A stretch of 64,000 bases of DNA from Chloroflexota bacterium (lineage in GTDB: Bacteria; Chloroflexota; Anaerolineae; UBA2200; JACIWT01). Every line of letters starts with the position of its first letter. Position 1 is the stretch's first letter. The notes beneath the pieces are model-generated. The model ran no database searches. It was not told the origin of the DNA and was given only the letters and a program-made list of their open reading frames with translations. Shown here piece after piece: positions 20,241-29,598 of this stretch. The position numbers and the translations under genes were made by a program. The stretch is from the NCBI GenBank assembly GCA_014360825.1, contig JACIWT010000005.1, forward strand, positions 16,248-80,247, given 5' to 3'.

Positions 20241-20477
20241 TCATGCTGGCGCAGGAGCCCTCTCCGTCAGGACCAAATTAACGACAGGAAGAGCTCTCAA
20301 CTCCAATTTTGATAGATCAATAAATTTGCTGGCATCCTCAATCTCAATCCCAATAACACGATTGTGCTCATCAAAGTCCAGCACAACCCCTGGTGCGATC
20401 TCCTCTGACTCGGTACTTACTCCTTCAATCAATTTGATATACAACATGTCGGTTTCAGGATAGTATTCGAAAATCAT
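20241..20477 (-). CDS. DUF2283-family putative antitoxin
   Basis: YYPETDMLYIKL..SEEIAPGVVLDFDE..VIGIEIEDAS; GGAGAGG RBS. Confidence 0.85.
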   Translation of the reverse strand: MIFEYYPETDMLYIKLIEGVSTESEEIAPGVVLDFDEHNRVIGIEIEDASKFIDLSKLELRALPVVNLVLTERAPAPA

Positions 20478-20490
20478 CGTCCCCTCTCCA

Positions 20491-20688
20491 TCAAGGCTTG
20501 AAGCGACGGTCGAAAAAAGCGTTATGCACGGTCTCTCCATCTGGTTCCGTCACGACCCGTAGATACTTGTCCATCTGGGCAACATATCCCCAATAACGGA
20601 TGCGTCCGTTGGCCTGCACTTCGGTGCGCATGGGATTCTTTAGAACGTGTTCAATCCACTCCATCTTGAGATAGGGTCGACGAGCCAT
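20491..20688 (-). CDS. RelE/BrnT-like (DUF4258-type) putative toxin, probably 5'-truncated
   Basis: RRPYLKMEWIEHVLKNP..GRIRYWG..YLRVVTEPDGETVHNAFFDRRF; directly upstream of DUF2283; no RBS. Confidence 0.7.
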   Translation of the reverse strand: MARRPYLKMEWIEHVLKNPMRTEVQANGRIRYWGYVAQMDKYLRVVTEPDGETVHNAFFDRRFKP

Positions 20689-20701
20689 AACGCTTCTGCT
20701 G

Positions 20702-21187
20702 TTAGGTGCGCTCATGTTCATAACCCATATCTGGCGGCAGGTTCTCCTGCGCAGCAGCTTGCATAGACAACTTGTCACAGCGCTCGTTTTCAGGATTCCC
20801 ATTATGACCACGTATCCAAACAAATTCAACATCATGTTGCTCACATAAATTTAGAAGCTTATCCCACAGGTCCGCATTCAAGGCCTTTTCTCTCTTATTC
20901 CTACGCCAACCATTCGATTTCCAGCGTTTTGCCCACCCCTCCATCATGGCATCAGCCAAATACTGCGAGTCTGTGTATAGGGTTACCTTACACCTTTCTT
21001 TGAGCGCACTTAACCCGACTATAGCTGCCATTATTTCCATGCGATTATTAGTTGTCAATCGAAAGCCGCCCGACAGCTCTTTCCGATGTTTGCCATATAG
21101 CAATACAACCCCATATCCACCAGGGCCAGGATTACCCAAGCAAGCACCGTCTGTGTAAATCACTACTCGTTTTAGTTCCTTGTTCAT
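20702..21187 (-). CDS. rnhA: Ribonuclease HI (cassette-borne)
   Basis: [48 protein letters not shown]; stop codon inside R''-like ACCTAAC. Confidence 0.95.
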   Translation of the reverse strand: MNKELKRVVIYTDGACLGNPGPGGYGVVLLYGKHRKELSGGFRLTTNNRMEIMAAIVGLSALKERCKVTLYTDSQYLADAMMEGWAKRWKSNGWRRNKREKALNADLWDKLLNLCEQHDVEFVWIRGHNGNPENERCDKLSMQAAAQENLPPDMGYEHERT

Positions 21188-21206
21188 TTTGACTGGTAAA
21201 ACATCT

Positions 21207-21965
21207 TCAGACAACAACACCGTTTTCCTTAAAGTGATTTATCAGCTGGTATATCCGCTCAATATATTTTACGAATTGCCCAAGATTTGCAAGTATAACG
21301 CCCTTGTCCAAATCGGGCACGATTTGAGGATGACCAATCTCGTTTCTCGTAATTCTACAGAATTGAAACATTCCCCCAATAATAACATCCAGGTCTTGGG
21401 ACAGGATGCCGCTTGGTTTGCTCCTGCAACTTTGGTATGACCTTATGAACTCGTCATATTTTCTGGATATAAAGCGCCCATTCACTCTTGACAGAAACTG
21501 CTGTCTACTAGAATCATCCTGGATGGCGTCCCCGTATGTATGTATGAGTAGATTAATCGCACGCTCAGAGGCTGCACCTAGCATGAATGCTGCTGCTAGC
21601 AAAGCATCAGAACGCACACATCTAATGGACTCATCGATAAACCGTACAATCACGGGGTCGCAATCGGGCACGCGCTCTTGTATTGTCTGGGGGAACTTAT
21701 CTATTTCGAATGGTAACGCTTGGCCAGGAATTGCTCCCCCTGTCTCGATTGCGCTCTTCATCTCAGCAAGGAGAGTCTTCAGGGGGGAGTCTCTTCCCCC
21801 AAGAACGATTTTGCCGCTATTGTAAACACTCACATAGGCGGTTGTTGCCCCGCTTCTGACGGTTATTTTGTCACAGTATTGCTCTTCTTCGACAGAGAAT
21901 TCGAGTTTTTGTCTTTCAAGAAACGATACCACACTTTGAAATATGCTTGGTTCACCGACAGGCAT
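21207..21965 (-). CDS. Hypothetical protein: N-terminal TBP-like (RNase HIII-N/DUF3378-like) domain plus C-terminal HEPN-like domain
   Basis: [15 protein letters not shown] resembles RNase HIII N-domain; [11 protein letters not shown] helix and RNEIGH (R-x4-H) motif. Confidence 0.6.
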   Translation of the reverse strand: MPVGEPSIFQSVVSFLERQKLEFSVEEEQYCDKITVRSGATTAYVSVYNSGKIVLGGRDSPLKTLLAEMKSAIETGGAIPGQALPFEIDKFPQTIQERVPDCDPVIVRFIDESIRCVRSDALLAAAFMLGAASERAINLLIHTYGDAIQDDSSRQQFLSRVNGRFISRKYDEFIRSYQSCRSKPSGILSQDLDVIIGGMFQFCRITRNEIGHPQIVPDLDKGVILANLGQFVKYIERIYQLINHFKENGVVV

Positions 21966-21999
21966 TGTATCTCATCTCCATAGGAGAACTGACGAGCGC

Positions 22000-22063
22000 G
22001 CCTAACGGGATGCCGCTCAGCCGCGCCGCCGAAGGCGGCGTCGGCTGGAGCGAGGGGTTGGGC
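22000..22063 (-). mobile_element. attC site
   Basis: Minus strand R'' GCCCAAC ... R' GTTAGGC with palindrome CGCTCCAGCCGACGCCGCC-TTC-GGCGGCGCGGCTGAGCG. Confidence 0.9.
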
Positions 22064-22123
22064 GGCCCCACATTGGCCTTAGGCAACCGGTGATGCTATA
22101 TCGTTGGGGTTTGCCAGGACCTC

Positions 22124-22759
22124 TCAGCGCGATTTGATGTATTGCCCTGTCGTAGCATCATAAACATCGAAGTGGCCAAAGGATGTCTCAGCCAGCCAGA
22201 GCAATGAATAGCGCCCCAATTCAGCGTCTACATCTTCAAATAGATCGCTCGTTCTGAGTTCCAGACCTACCGATTGCAACTTGCGAAATTGTATCTCCGT
22301 TGAATCAACCCACCCTTCCAAAGCAAATAACTCGTCCGGTCGGATCGTCGCTATGTCGGATTTCACCAGTCTTGCCTTCCCCCCTTCCACATAGTATACG
22401 TTGGCTGTCGAGGACGTCTCATCTTTGGCGAAAATGACGACCCAGTGTGCCTGGTGCCCATCCGACCCAATACCGGGATCTTCCTCAACATCAAAAGGGG
22501 AACATCCCACATTGCAGAATTGCGACCAGCGGCCAACGAATGCCAGCCTCGCCGTAGCTTTCCACTCAGCCGGTAGGGCAGCATAAGCCAATGCAACCGC
22601 TTCTTTGGCACTCAACCGTTGCCCGGAAACAGATTGCACAGAGGATGTTAGCGTGGCCGGAGGAGGAGTTCCTCTGGATGGTAGATTAGAAGGCCGACCA
22701 GCACAGGCCGTCGCAATGAAGACCAACGCCAATAAGGTAAAGAAAGTTTGGGAACGCAT
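22124..22759 (-). CDS. Hypothetical lipoprotein (first integron cassette)
   Basis: Lipobox ATAC; AAGGAGG RBS; lies between attI and the first attC. Confidence 0.8.
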   Translation of the reverse strand: MRSQTFFTLLALVFIATACAGRPSNLPSRGTPPPATLTSSVQSVSGQRLSAKEAVALAYAALPAEWKATARLAFVGRWSQFCNVGCSPFDVEEDPGIGSDGHQAHWVVIFAKDETSSTANVYYVEGGKARLVKSDIATIRPDELFALEGWVDSTEIQFRKLQSVGLELRTSDLFEDVDAELGRYSLLWLAETSFGHFDVYDATTGQYIKSR

Positions 22760-22807
22760 TCAGTCCTCCTTAAAGGTACTACCCGTGATTTTTCCAGCAG
22801 ATAAGCC

Positions 22808-22830
22808 GCCCAACTATATTTTCAACCGAA
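22808..22830 (-). mobile_element. attI site (core)
   Basis: Minus strand GTTGAAAATATA-GTTGGGC; GTTGGGC is complementary to the R'' GCCCAAC of the first attC. Confidence 0.7.
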
Positions 22831-22929
22831 ACGGCTTAAAATACATTTAGGGCGCGACGGTTTAACTATCCGAAAGCCGTTGTTAAACCGTCGGCTTAAC
22901 CGCATCAAAAGCCGCAAATCGACATCTAT

Positions 22930-22958
22930 ACTATAAAATAAGTCATGGTGTTTGTCAA
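22930..22958 (-). promoter_or_regulatory. Cassette promoter Pc
   Basis: Minus strand TTGACA-17 nt-TATAGT pointing into the array. Confidence 0.7.
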
Positions 22959-23009
22959 ACCGAGGTCATCGCTGATGCGCTAATGCCAAGAGTTGAAAAG
23001 GAGTCAAGT

Positions 23010-23430
23010 ATGGCCTCCTCGCCGTTTCTCAATCGGGTTCGTCAGGTGATGCGGCTCAAGCACATGAGCCTCAGCACAGAAGACTCGTATCTCTACTATA
23101 TCAAACAGTTCATCCTCTTTCACAACAAACGTCATCCCAAAGACATGGGCGCTGACGGAATCCGCTTTCCGGCGGTCATCGTTCTGCCGAGCTGCGCACA
23201 GGCGTCATTCGCTGACACCGCCTTCACGGAGACGACATCCAACACGCGGTCAAACAAGCCATTCGCAAGGCAGGCATCGCCAAACACGGCCGTAGTTACA
23301 CCTTCCGCCACGGTTTCGCCCTCCACCTTCTGTAGGGGCGAAGCGGCGCTTCGCCCCTACGATATCCGCATCGTGCAGGAATGGGACCGCAAGGATGTGC
23401 ACACCATCATGATACACTCGCGTGCTGAAT
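23010..23430 (+). pseudogene. intI: Integron integrase pseudogene (internal deletion, stops, frameshifts)
   Basis: N-term FLNRVRQVMRLKHMSLSTEDSYLYYIKQFILFHNKRHP; another frame gives RTGVIR*HRLH..VKQAIRKAGIAK..YTFRHGFALHLL*; then YDIRIVQE..KDV. Confidence 0.9.
23332..23360. repeat. GTAG-type REP-like palindrome inside intI
   Basis: GTAGGGGCGAAGCG-G-CGCTTCGCCCCTAC perfect palindrome. Confidence 0.7.
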
Positions 23431-23519
23431 CGCGATGGCCTGGCGCTGCGCAGCCCGCTGGATTAGAACTTTTGTTTTTCAGCGTGCTCTGTGGTATATT
23501 TCGCGTCAGGAGGATGAAG

Positions 23520-24089
23520 ATGCGAGAAGTACTCTTCGTTCACCAGTTGCCGAGTGGTCAGGTCATCCGCGTGGTCAAGGGCGACCTGACGGAAGAGCGG
23601 GTGGATGCCATCGTCAACGCCGCCAACGAGCATCTGGCTCACGGTGGCGGGGTGGCCGGGGCGATCGTGCGCAAGGGCGGGCCCGAGATCCAAGAGGAGA
23701 GCAACCGCTGGGTGGCCCAACATGGTCCGGTGCGCACCGGCACGGCGGCCATCACCGGGGCCGGGCGACTGCCGGCCCGATACATCATCCACGCCGTCGG
23801 GCCGGTGTGGGGGACGGGGGATGAGAAGGCCAAACTGGCCAGCGCGGTGCGCAGCGCTCTGCAAATGGCGGAGGATCACCGCCTTGCCAGCATCTCTATG
23901 CCGGGCATCTCCTCTGGCATCTTCGGCTTCCCGAAGGACCTTTGCGCCGAAGTGATGTTCGACGCCGTCCTCGAGTTCCTCGCTGAGCACCCCCAGACCA
24001 TACGCGAGATCAACTTCTGCAATATAGACGAACAGACGGCCAAGGTCTTCGCCGCCGAAGCGCGGAAAAGGTTTAAGGGCGTGGAATAG
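23520..24089 (+). CDS. Macro domain protein (ADP-ribose hydrolase, YmdB-like)
   Basis: GDLTEERVDAIVNAANEHLAHGGGVAGAI, IHAVGP, PGISSGIFGFP; AGGAGG RBS. Confidence 0.93.
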   Translation: MREVLFVHQLPSGQVIRVVKGDLTEERVDAIVNAANEHLAHGGGVAGAIVRKGGPEIQEESNRWVAQHGPVRTGTAAITGAGRLPARYIIHAVGPVWGTGDEKAKLASAVRSALQMAEDHRLASISMPGISSGIFGFPKDLCAEVMFDAVLEFLAEHPQTIREINFCNIDEQTAKVFAAEARKRFKGVE

Positions 24090-24101
24090 CCGGGCTGGCG
24101 C

Positions 24102-27100
24102 TCAATACGTCGGCTCGCGGGATAAGACCATCAGCGCCAGGGCCAGGGCGCGCCCGGCCTGTCCGAGTTTCTGGGGGTCTATGTTCTCGGGGGTGTCCTC
24201 GGGGGTGTGAGAGAGATACACACTGCCATCCCAGGTGAGCCTTACCCAGGGGAGGTTCTTGTCCGCCCTGGGCGGTGTGAACCCAGTGCCCAGGGTGCTG
24301 ATATTCACTCCCGCCCGCTTGCCCACGGTGCGGAAAAAGCCGGTCAGGCGGTCGCTGGTGCTCTCTTGCAAGTGGATCCCGTTGCCTGTGCCACTGCCAA
24401 TCCCAACTAGGTCCAGCACGGCGATGATGCCATACGACTCGATGAACCCGGGACGCGCTCTCAAGAAATGGTCCACCCTGGGCTCCAAATGTCGCTCTGA
24501 ACCGCCCCAGGCGACGAAGATCACCGTGCGCTTGGGACGGAAGTCCAGGTCTTTCCACAGCCGTGCGATCTCTAACATCACCGCCACACTGCTGGCGCTA
24601 TCGTTCGCCCCAGGATAGAGGACGCCATCTATTCTGCGGCCCAGTCCATCGTAGGGGGCCAGCACGATGATCGCTTCGTCGTCCAGGGCTGTGTCTGTGC
24701 CGGGGATGAATCCTAACACGTTTATCACCGGGACGCTTCGCTTCTCACTCTCGATAGAAACGCGGGCTCGCGCCCCGGTGTGCATAGAAAATCCCTGACC
24801 GGCGCTCAATTGCTGCCAGGTTTGTTGCAGCTCTCGGAATGTGTAGCCGCTGTCCTTCAGGATCGCATCCGCCACTTCGGGAGTGATGTAGAGATAGGGC
24901 ACGTCGGCATTTGTGCCGGACTGTGGGTAGAGTAGGTTGCGCCGGGCCCATGCCTGTGGAGATTCCACAACGATCAGCAGTGCTCCTGGGCTGTAAGCAG
25001 TATAGTAGCGGAACAGCGAATAGATCGGCTGCAGAGACTGGGCGTCCACCATCGCCACGAAATTCCCGAGCTCCACTGAGCTAATCATACCCTGTTCGGG
25101 ATAGGTTACCGTACCAGGCCCGAAGCCGATGCATATTACCTCGCCCTCGAAAGAACCCACTTGTGAGGGCGAACCGTACGTCTCTGAAAAGTCCTGCCCG
25201 TACGTCCAGGGGCCGAGTTCCTGCCCTGCCCGGTCCCACACTTGGAGCGACGGCACAGCGGTCAGATCACGGACATCCCAGGGGATGGTCTGGAAATAGG
25301 TCCATTGGCCGTTCACTTCCTCTCCGGCGGATTGCACGCCGGCGGCTTCCATTTGTTTGGCAATATACTCAGCCGCCAACTGCGCGCCCCTGGTGCCGGT
25401 CAACCGGCCATCCAACTCTGGGCTGGCCAGATAGGAGATATCCTGCATCGCTCGCTCGACATTGAACTGTTGGGCCTGTGGGCCGTACACCCTCCAGGGC
25501 CCTGTGCCCTCTGCAGTGAAGAACACGAGCGCTACGACCGCAGCCGCGGCGGCCAGGGTATAGCGGCTGAAGAGGCGATTCAGGCTCACGGTGAGGCGCT
25601 CCGTCAGGCGGCGCAAGCCCTCTCCGAAGAGGTTGAACCCCAGGATGGCGATTGTGAAGGCCAGGGCGGGGTAGAAGGTGGTCCACGGGGCGCTGCGGAA
25701 GTACCGCCAGGTGTTGGAGAGCATCACTCCCCACTCAGGGATATCGAAATAGGTCAGCCCAGTGTCACTCATAGAAGAGGTGGTGAAACCACCACCGATG
25801 AAGACGCCCATGAAGCCCAGTTCGCCTAATAGCATGAGCACGCCGCCCATCTCCAGACAGGCCAGTACTACCAGCGACGGCAGCAGGTTGGGCAACACGT
25901 GGCGCAATAAGATAGCCACATCGCCCAAGCCAACCGCCAATGCACCTTCCACATAGTCGCGTTCGCGGATGCTCATCACCTGACTGCGAACGTATTGGGC
26001 TGTCTCGCCCCAGCCCACCACGCACAGCGCCACCACAAAGACCATCAACCCCTGGCGGATGCCCAGAGCATAGATGATCACGACTGCCAGGAGCAGGGTG
26101 GGAAAGGCAGCCATCACCTCGGTCACGCTCATCAGCGCCCGGTCCAAAAGGCTGTCGGAAAACCAACCCGCCAGACAGCCAACGACTGCCCCAAGCAGGA
26201 CACGAGCGAGCACAGCGAAGAAGGCGATGGTCATGGTGCGCCGTGCCCCCACTAACAGTAGGCTCAGGATGTCGCGGCCCTGTTGGTCTGTCCCCAAGGG
26301 GTAGCCGTGACCTGGGGAGAGTGGCGGCACGATCCATTTTCCGTCAATGTCGAAGTAAGAGTGAGTCTGAGAGGGATCGTGGGGCGCTAATTGGGGGCCG
26401 AGGACGACAACCACTACCAACCCGACGACTACAATTGCCCCCAGCATAAAGGAAAGGCTACCCAGAGTGCTCTGCACCCAAGCCCTTCTGCGCTCGGCGG
26501 CGATGACCTGGGCCCGGCGGAGTTCTTCGGCAGTTGGTGGGCGATGTTTCTCGTGATTCCCTTTGAGCAGTTGTGCGAGTCGGAACTCGGGGGCTTTTCT
26601 GCCACCGGGTAGGCGTTCGGAAAGGCGCTCGAAGGCATCGCGGATGCTGAAGACAACGTTGGCTAAGATATCCAATCCACTGCGCTTGGTCCGCAGTTGG
26701 ACATGCTCCTCGCGCAACCGGGGATCAATGCGCCGATACAAGATGTCCAAGGTCTGGTTGATGAGGATGAAGAACACGCCCAGGAAAAGGATCAACGTCG
26801 TTGCCAGTTCGATTTGCCCTTGCCGTATCGCGCCCCAGAGGGTCTCGCCCATGCCCGGCCAGTTGAAGAGTATCTCGACCACAGGAAGGCTGGATAGAGA
26901 AAAGCGCAGTGAGGTACCCAATGCTGTCAGAATGGGCACACCCGCGTTGCGCAAGGCATGGTCGAAGAGAACAGCGCGCCCGTTGAGTCCCTTAGCCCGT
27001 GCGGTGCGGATGTAATCGGTTTCCAGCACTTCGGCAAGGGCGACGAAGGAAACCCGCGCCACCTGGGCGATGGGTCGGGCTGCCAGGGTCAGTGCCGGCA

Positions 27101-28430
27101 GGATGATGTGGGCATCCCACCCGAAGCCACCAATCGGTGCTAATCGGATACCCGTGCTCTTGTAGAAGGTGATGACGACGATCTGGAGCAGGAGGCCGAG
27201 GAAGAAACTGGGCGCCGATACGCCAACTATGGCCAGCACGAGGAAAGCGAGCGACAGCCGCCCATGACGAGTCAGGGCAGCGCCTATCCCGAGTGGCACG
27301 CCAATCACTGCCCCCAGCAGCATGGAAAGGAACAATAGGGCCAGGCTCTTGCTCACAGTCGGGCGCACTAAATCGAGGATGGGGCGGGCGCTACTCTCAC
27401 GCCAGTAGTAGATGCTGCCAAAACCAGTGTTATACAAGCCGAAATCGCCTTTGGTGACCACGTTGGTCAGATACTGGCCGGTGTGGATCGCTGCCCGGAC
27501 TGCTGTATCCAGCACGTCCACCGATGCTCCGTAGCGCCCGTACTCTGCGACGCGCAGGCCGAAAAAGCAGAAATAGACAATGAACACCGAGGCGATAAGC
27601 GCAAAGACGATGGGTCGCACAATCAAGTTGATCAAGGGCATGAACGGCTTGAAGATGGCAGCCAGTTCGGATTCGTAGATTTGGGAGAGGAGTTCGCCGT
27701 CGCTGAGGGCGCGTTGCGGCGAGGCTAACTCCGATGGTAACCAAGCCACGGCATAGCCCTGTTCAGGCCGGGCGATGTCTTCCATGCGCACCACCCGGTC
27801 CGCCACTCGGCTGATTCGCGCGTCGCTCTCGGCGATGAGGAAGGCTACGCCCTCCTCATCGCACAGCGCACGCATCAAATCCGCCAGCGCACGGGCTTCC
27901 TCATCCGAGAGGTCACCCGCTGGCTCGTCGGCAAGCACCACAGCAGGCCCGTTCACCAGCGCCCGCGCCAGAGCGAGGCGCTGCTTCTCGGCCAGAGACA
28001 AAGATTTCGCTGGCAAGTTCGCCTTATCTGCCAAGCCCACCCGGGCCAGCAACCTCTCGGCCCGCGCCCGGCCCTCCGCGCGAGGGATATTGCTGTAGCG
28101 CAGGGGCAGCATGACGTTTTGCAGAACGCTCTGCTCTTCCAGCAGGAGTGGTTGGCGGAAGAGGAAACCGAGCCGGTTCGCACGCACTTTGGCGCGCGCC
28201 CAGGGCGAGAGTTGGGTGAGATCCTGATCCTCGATGTGCACTGTGCCGGCGGTCGGTTTCTCCAAGCCGCCCAAGATGCGCAGCAATGTGCTCTTGCCGC
28301 TGCCCTGGCCGCCGGTCACGACCACGAACTCGCCGTGCTCTACGGTCAGGTCCAGGCCGCGCATCAGGACGTACTGCTGGTCGCCTTCCCTATAGATTTT
28401 CGTGAGCGTAATCGCAGAGAGCGCAGGCAT
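24102..28430 (-). CDS. Fusion: LolD/MacB-type ABC ATPase + OppB-like permease + OppC-like permease + PA/M28 peptidase-like domain
   Basis: GGQGSGKS and LADEP; DYIRTARAKGL (OppB EAA loop); LGTDQQGRDI, YVEGALAVG, HVLPN (OppC); GANDSASSVA, HTPEDT (M28). Confidence 0.85.
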   Translation of the reverse strand: MPALSAITLTKIYREGDQQYVLMRGLDLTVEHGEFVVVTGGQGSGKSTLLRILGGLEKPTAGTVHIEDQDLTQLSPWARAKVRANRLGFLFRQPLLLEEQSVLQNVMLPLRYSNIPRAEGRARAERLLARVGLADKANLPAKSLSLAEKQRLALARALVNGPAVVLADEPAGDLSDEEARALADLMRALCDEEGVAFLIAESDARISRVADRVVRMEDIARPEQGYAVAWLPSELASPQRALSDGELLSQIYESELAAIFKPFMPLINLIVRPIVFALIASVFIVYFCFFGLRVAEYGRYGASVDVLDTAVRAAIHTGQYLTNVVTKGDFGLYNTGFGSIYYWRESSARPILDLVRPTVSKSLALLFLSMLLGAVIGVPLGIGAALTRHGRLSLAFLVLAIVGVSAPSFFLGLLLQIVVITFYKSTGIRLAPIGGFGWDAHIILPALTLAARPIAQVARVSFVALAEVLETDYIRTARAKGLNGRAVLFDHALRNAGVPILTALGTSLRFSLSSLPVVEILFNWPGMGETLWGAIRQGQIELATTLILFLGVFFILINQTLDILYRRIDPRLREEHVQLRTKRSGLDILANVVFSIRDAFERLSERLPGGRKAPEFRLAQLLKGNHEKHRPPTAEELRRAQVIAAERRRAWVQSTLGSLSFMLGAIVVVGLVVVVVLGPQLAPHDPSQTHSYFDIDGKWIVPPLSPGHGYPLGTDQQGRDILSLLLVGARRTMTIAFFAVLARVLLGAVVGCLAGWFSDSLLDRALMSVTEVMAAFPTLLLAVVIIYALGIRQGLMVFVVALCVVGWGETAQYVRSQVMSIRERDYVEGALAVGLGDVAILLRHVLPNLLPSLVVLACLEMGGVLMLLGELGFMGVFIGGGFTTSSMSDTGLTYFDIPEWGVMLSNTWRYFRSAPWTTFYPALAFTIAILGFNLFGEGLRRLTERLTVSLNRLFSRYTLAAAAAVVALVFFTAEGTGPWRVYGPQAQQFNVERAMQDISYLASPELDGRLTGTRGAQLAAEYIAKQMEAAGVQSAGEEVNGQWTYFQTIPWDVRDLTAVPSLQVWDRAGQELGPWTYGQDFSETYGSPSQVGSFEGEVICIGFGPGTVTYPEQGMISSVELGNFVAMVDAQSLQPIYSLFRYYTAYSPGALLIVVESPQAWARRNLLYPQSGTNADVPYLYITPEVADAILKDSGYTFRELQQTWQQLSAGQGFSMHTGARARVSIESEKRSVPVINVLGFIPGTDTALDDEAIIVLAPYDGLGRRIDGVLYPGANDSASSVAVMLEIARLWKDLDFRPKRTVIFVAWGGSERHLEPRVDHFLRARPGFIESYGIIAVLDLVGIGSGTGNGIHLQESTSDRLTGFFRTVGKRAGVNISTLGTGFTPPRADKNLPWVRLTWDGSVYLSHTPEDTPENIDPQKLGQAGRALALALMVLSREPTY

Positions 28431-28434
28431 TATC

Positions 28435-29598
28435 TCATTTCAATCCCGTCACGATAAACTCGATCCGCGCACTCATACCCCAGCGCAGGCCCTGCTCTTG
28501 CCGGTCCAGGGCGATACGGGCCTTGAAGACCACGTCGCCTGAGGGCAGGGTGGACCCCGCTGGGGCAATGTACACCAACCGACCGCGCAAAAGTCGGTTG
28601 CCCAAGCCCGGCAGGGTGAGCGTTACCCCCTGATCCAGGTGAATCTGACTCAGGTCCCATTCGTCCAGGTCGGTGGTCTCCACCTCGAATTCGGTCAGGT
28701 CCGCCAGGGTCATCGCTGCCTGGCCGGGGCTGATCATTTGGCCGGGGCGGAGGTGCAGGGCGGTGATCGTCCCGTCGAAGGGAGCCACGAGTTCCGCGGC
28801 GGCCAATGCTGCTTTTGCCGCCTCCAGGCGCTGGCGGGCCTGGCGCAATTGGGCCTCGGCGATGGTTTTCTCCTCGGCGGTTGGGCCTTGCTTCAGGCGA
28901 TCCAAAGCCGCCTGTGCCTGGGCCACGGCGGCGCGCGCCGAAGCCAATGCTGCCGGGGATGGACCTTCCAGTGCTTCTTGATACGCCAACTCGGCCAGCC
29001 GCACGCTGATTTCCGCGGAGGCGACCCGCGCGTTTGCTCCCTGCACTACATAGTCTGGGGATTCCGAGCCGGCGATACCGTCGCGCTCGGCCTGAGCCGC
29101 CCACAGGCTGTTCTTGGCCTGATCCCATTGCAATTTGTAGCGCTCGACATCGCGAGGGCTCGGGCCTGCCTCCAACTCCGCGAGGTTGGCCTTGGCACTA
29201 TCGAGTGTGGCCTGAGCCACGGTGAGATCCAGCGGGGTAGGTGTGGCCATGGCCTGGGCATATTGGGCTTCCTGGATCGCCAGAGCATCCGCGGCTGCGT
29301 CCACCTCACGTTGCAGATCATCGGTCACGAGGCGAGCCAGCACTTGTCCGGCTTGTACTGTATCGCCCTCTTTCACCAGCACTTCGCCTACCACGCCCCC
29401 GGTGCGGAAACTCAGATCCATCCATCTCACCGGCACCACAACCCCAGAAGCGCGGACCGAGGGACTCGTGGGAAGACCCTGCTCCCAGGTGCCCGGCGTT
29501 GGCTCTGACACTTGCTTTGCGACAAACGATTGTCCGACCATGTAGAGGACAATGGCTACTGCCACGACCACTGCCAAGATCAAAAGCAACCTTCTCAT
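28435..29598 (-). CDS. HlyD/MacA-like membrane fusion (adaptor) protein
   Basis: N-terminal TM, VKEGDTVQAGQVLARL, coiled coil, LVAPFDGTI, LRWGMSA. Confidence 0.9.
   Translation of the reverse strand: MRRLLLILAVVVAVAIVLYMVGQSFVAKQVSEPTPGTWEQGLPTSPSVRASGVVVPVRWMDLSFRTGGVVGEVLVKEGDTVQAGQVLARLVTDDLQREVDAAADALAIQEAQYAQAMATPTPLDLTVAQATLDSAKANLAELEAGPSPRDVERYKLQWDQAKNSLWAAQAERDGIAGSESPDYVVQGANARVASAEISVRLAELAYQEALEGPSPAALASARAAVAQAQAALDRLKQGPTAEEKTIAEAQLRQARQRLEAAKAALAAAELVAPFDGTITALHLRPGQMISPGQAAMTLADLTEFEVETTDLDEWDLSQIHLDQGVTLTLPGLGNRLLRGRLVYIAPAGSTLPSGDVVFKARIALDRQEQGLRWGMSARIEFIVTGLK

Noticed and set aside
22983-24089. Apparent integrase-SAM/macro-domain fusion protein (368 aa)
   Set aside because: The middle is out-of-frame intI debris and the macro gene has its own AGGAGG RBS; read-through is accidental
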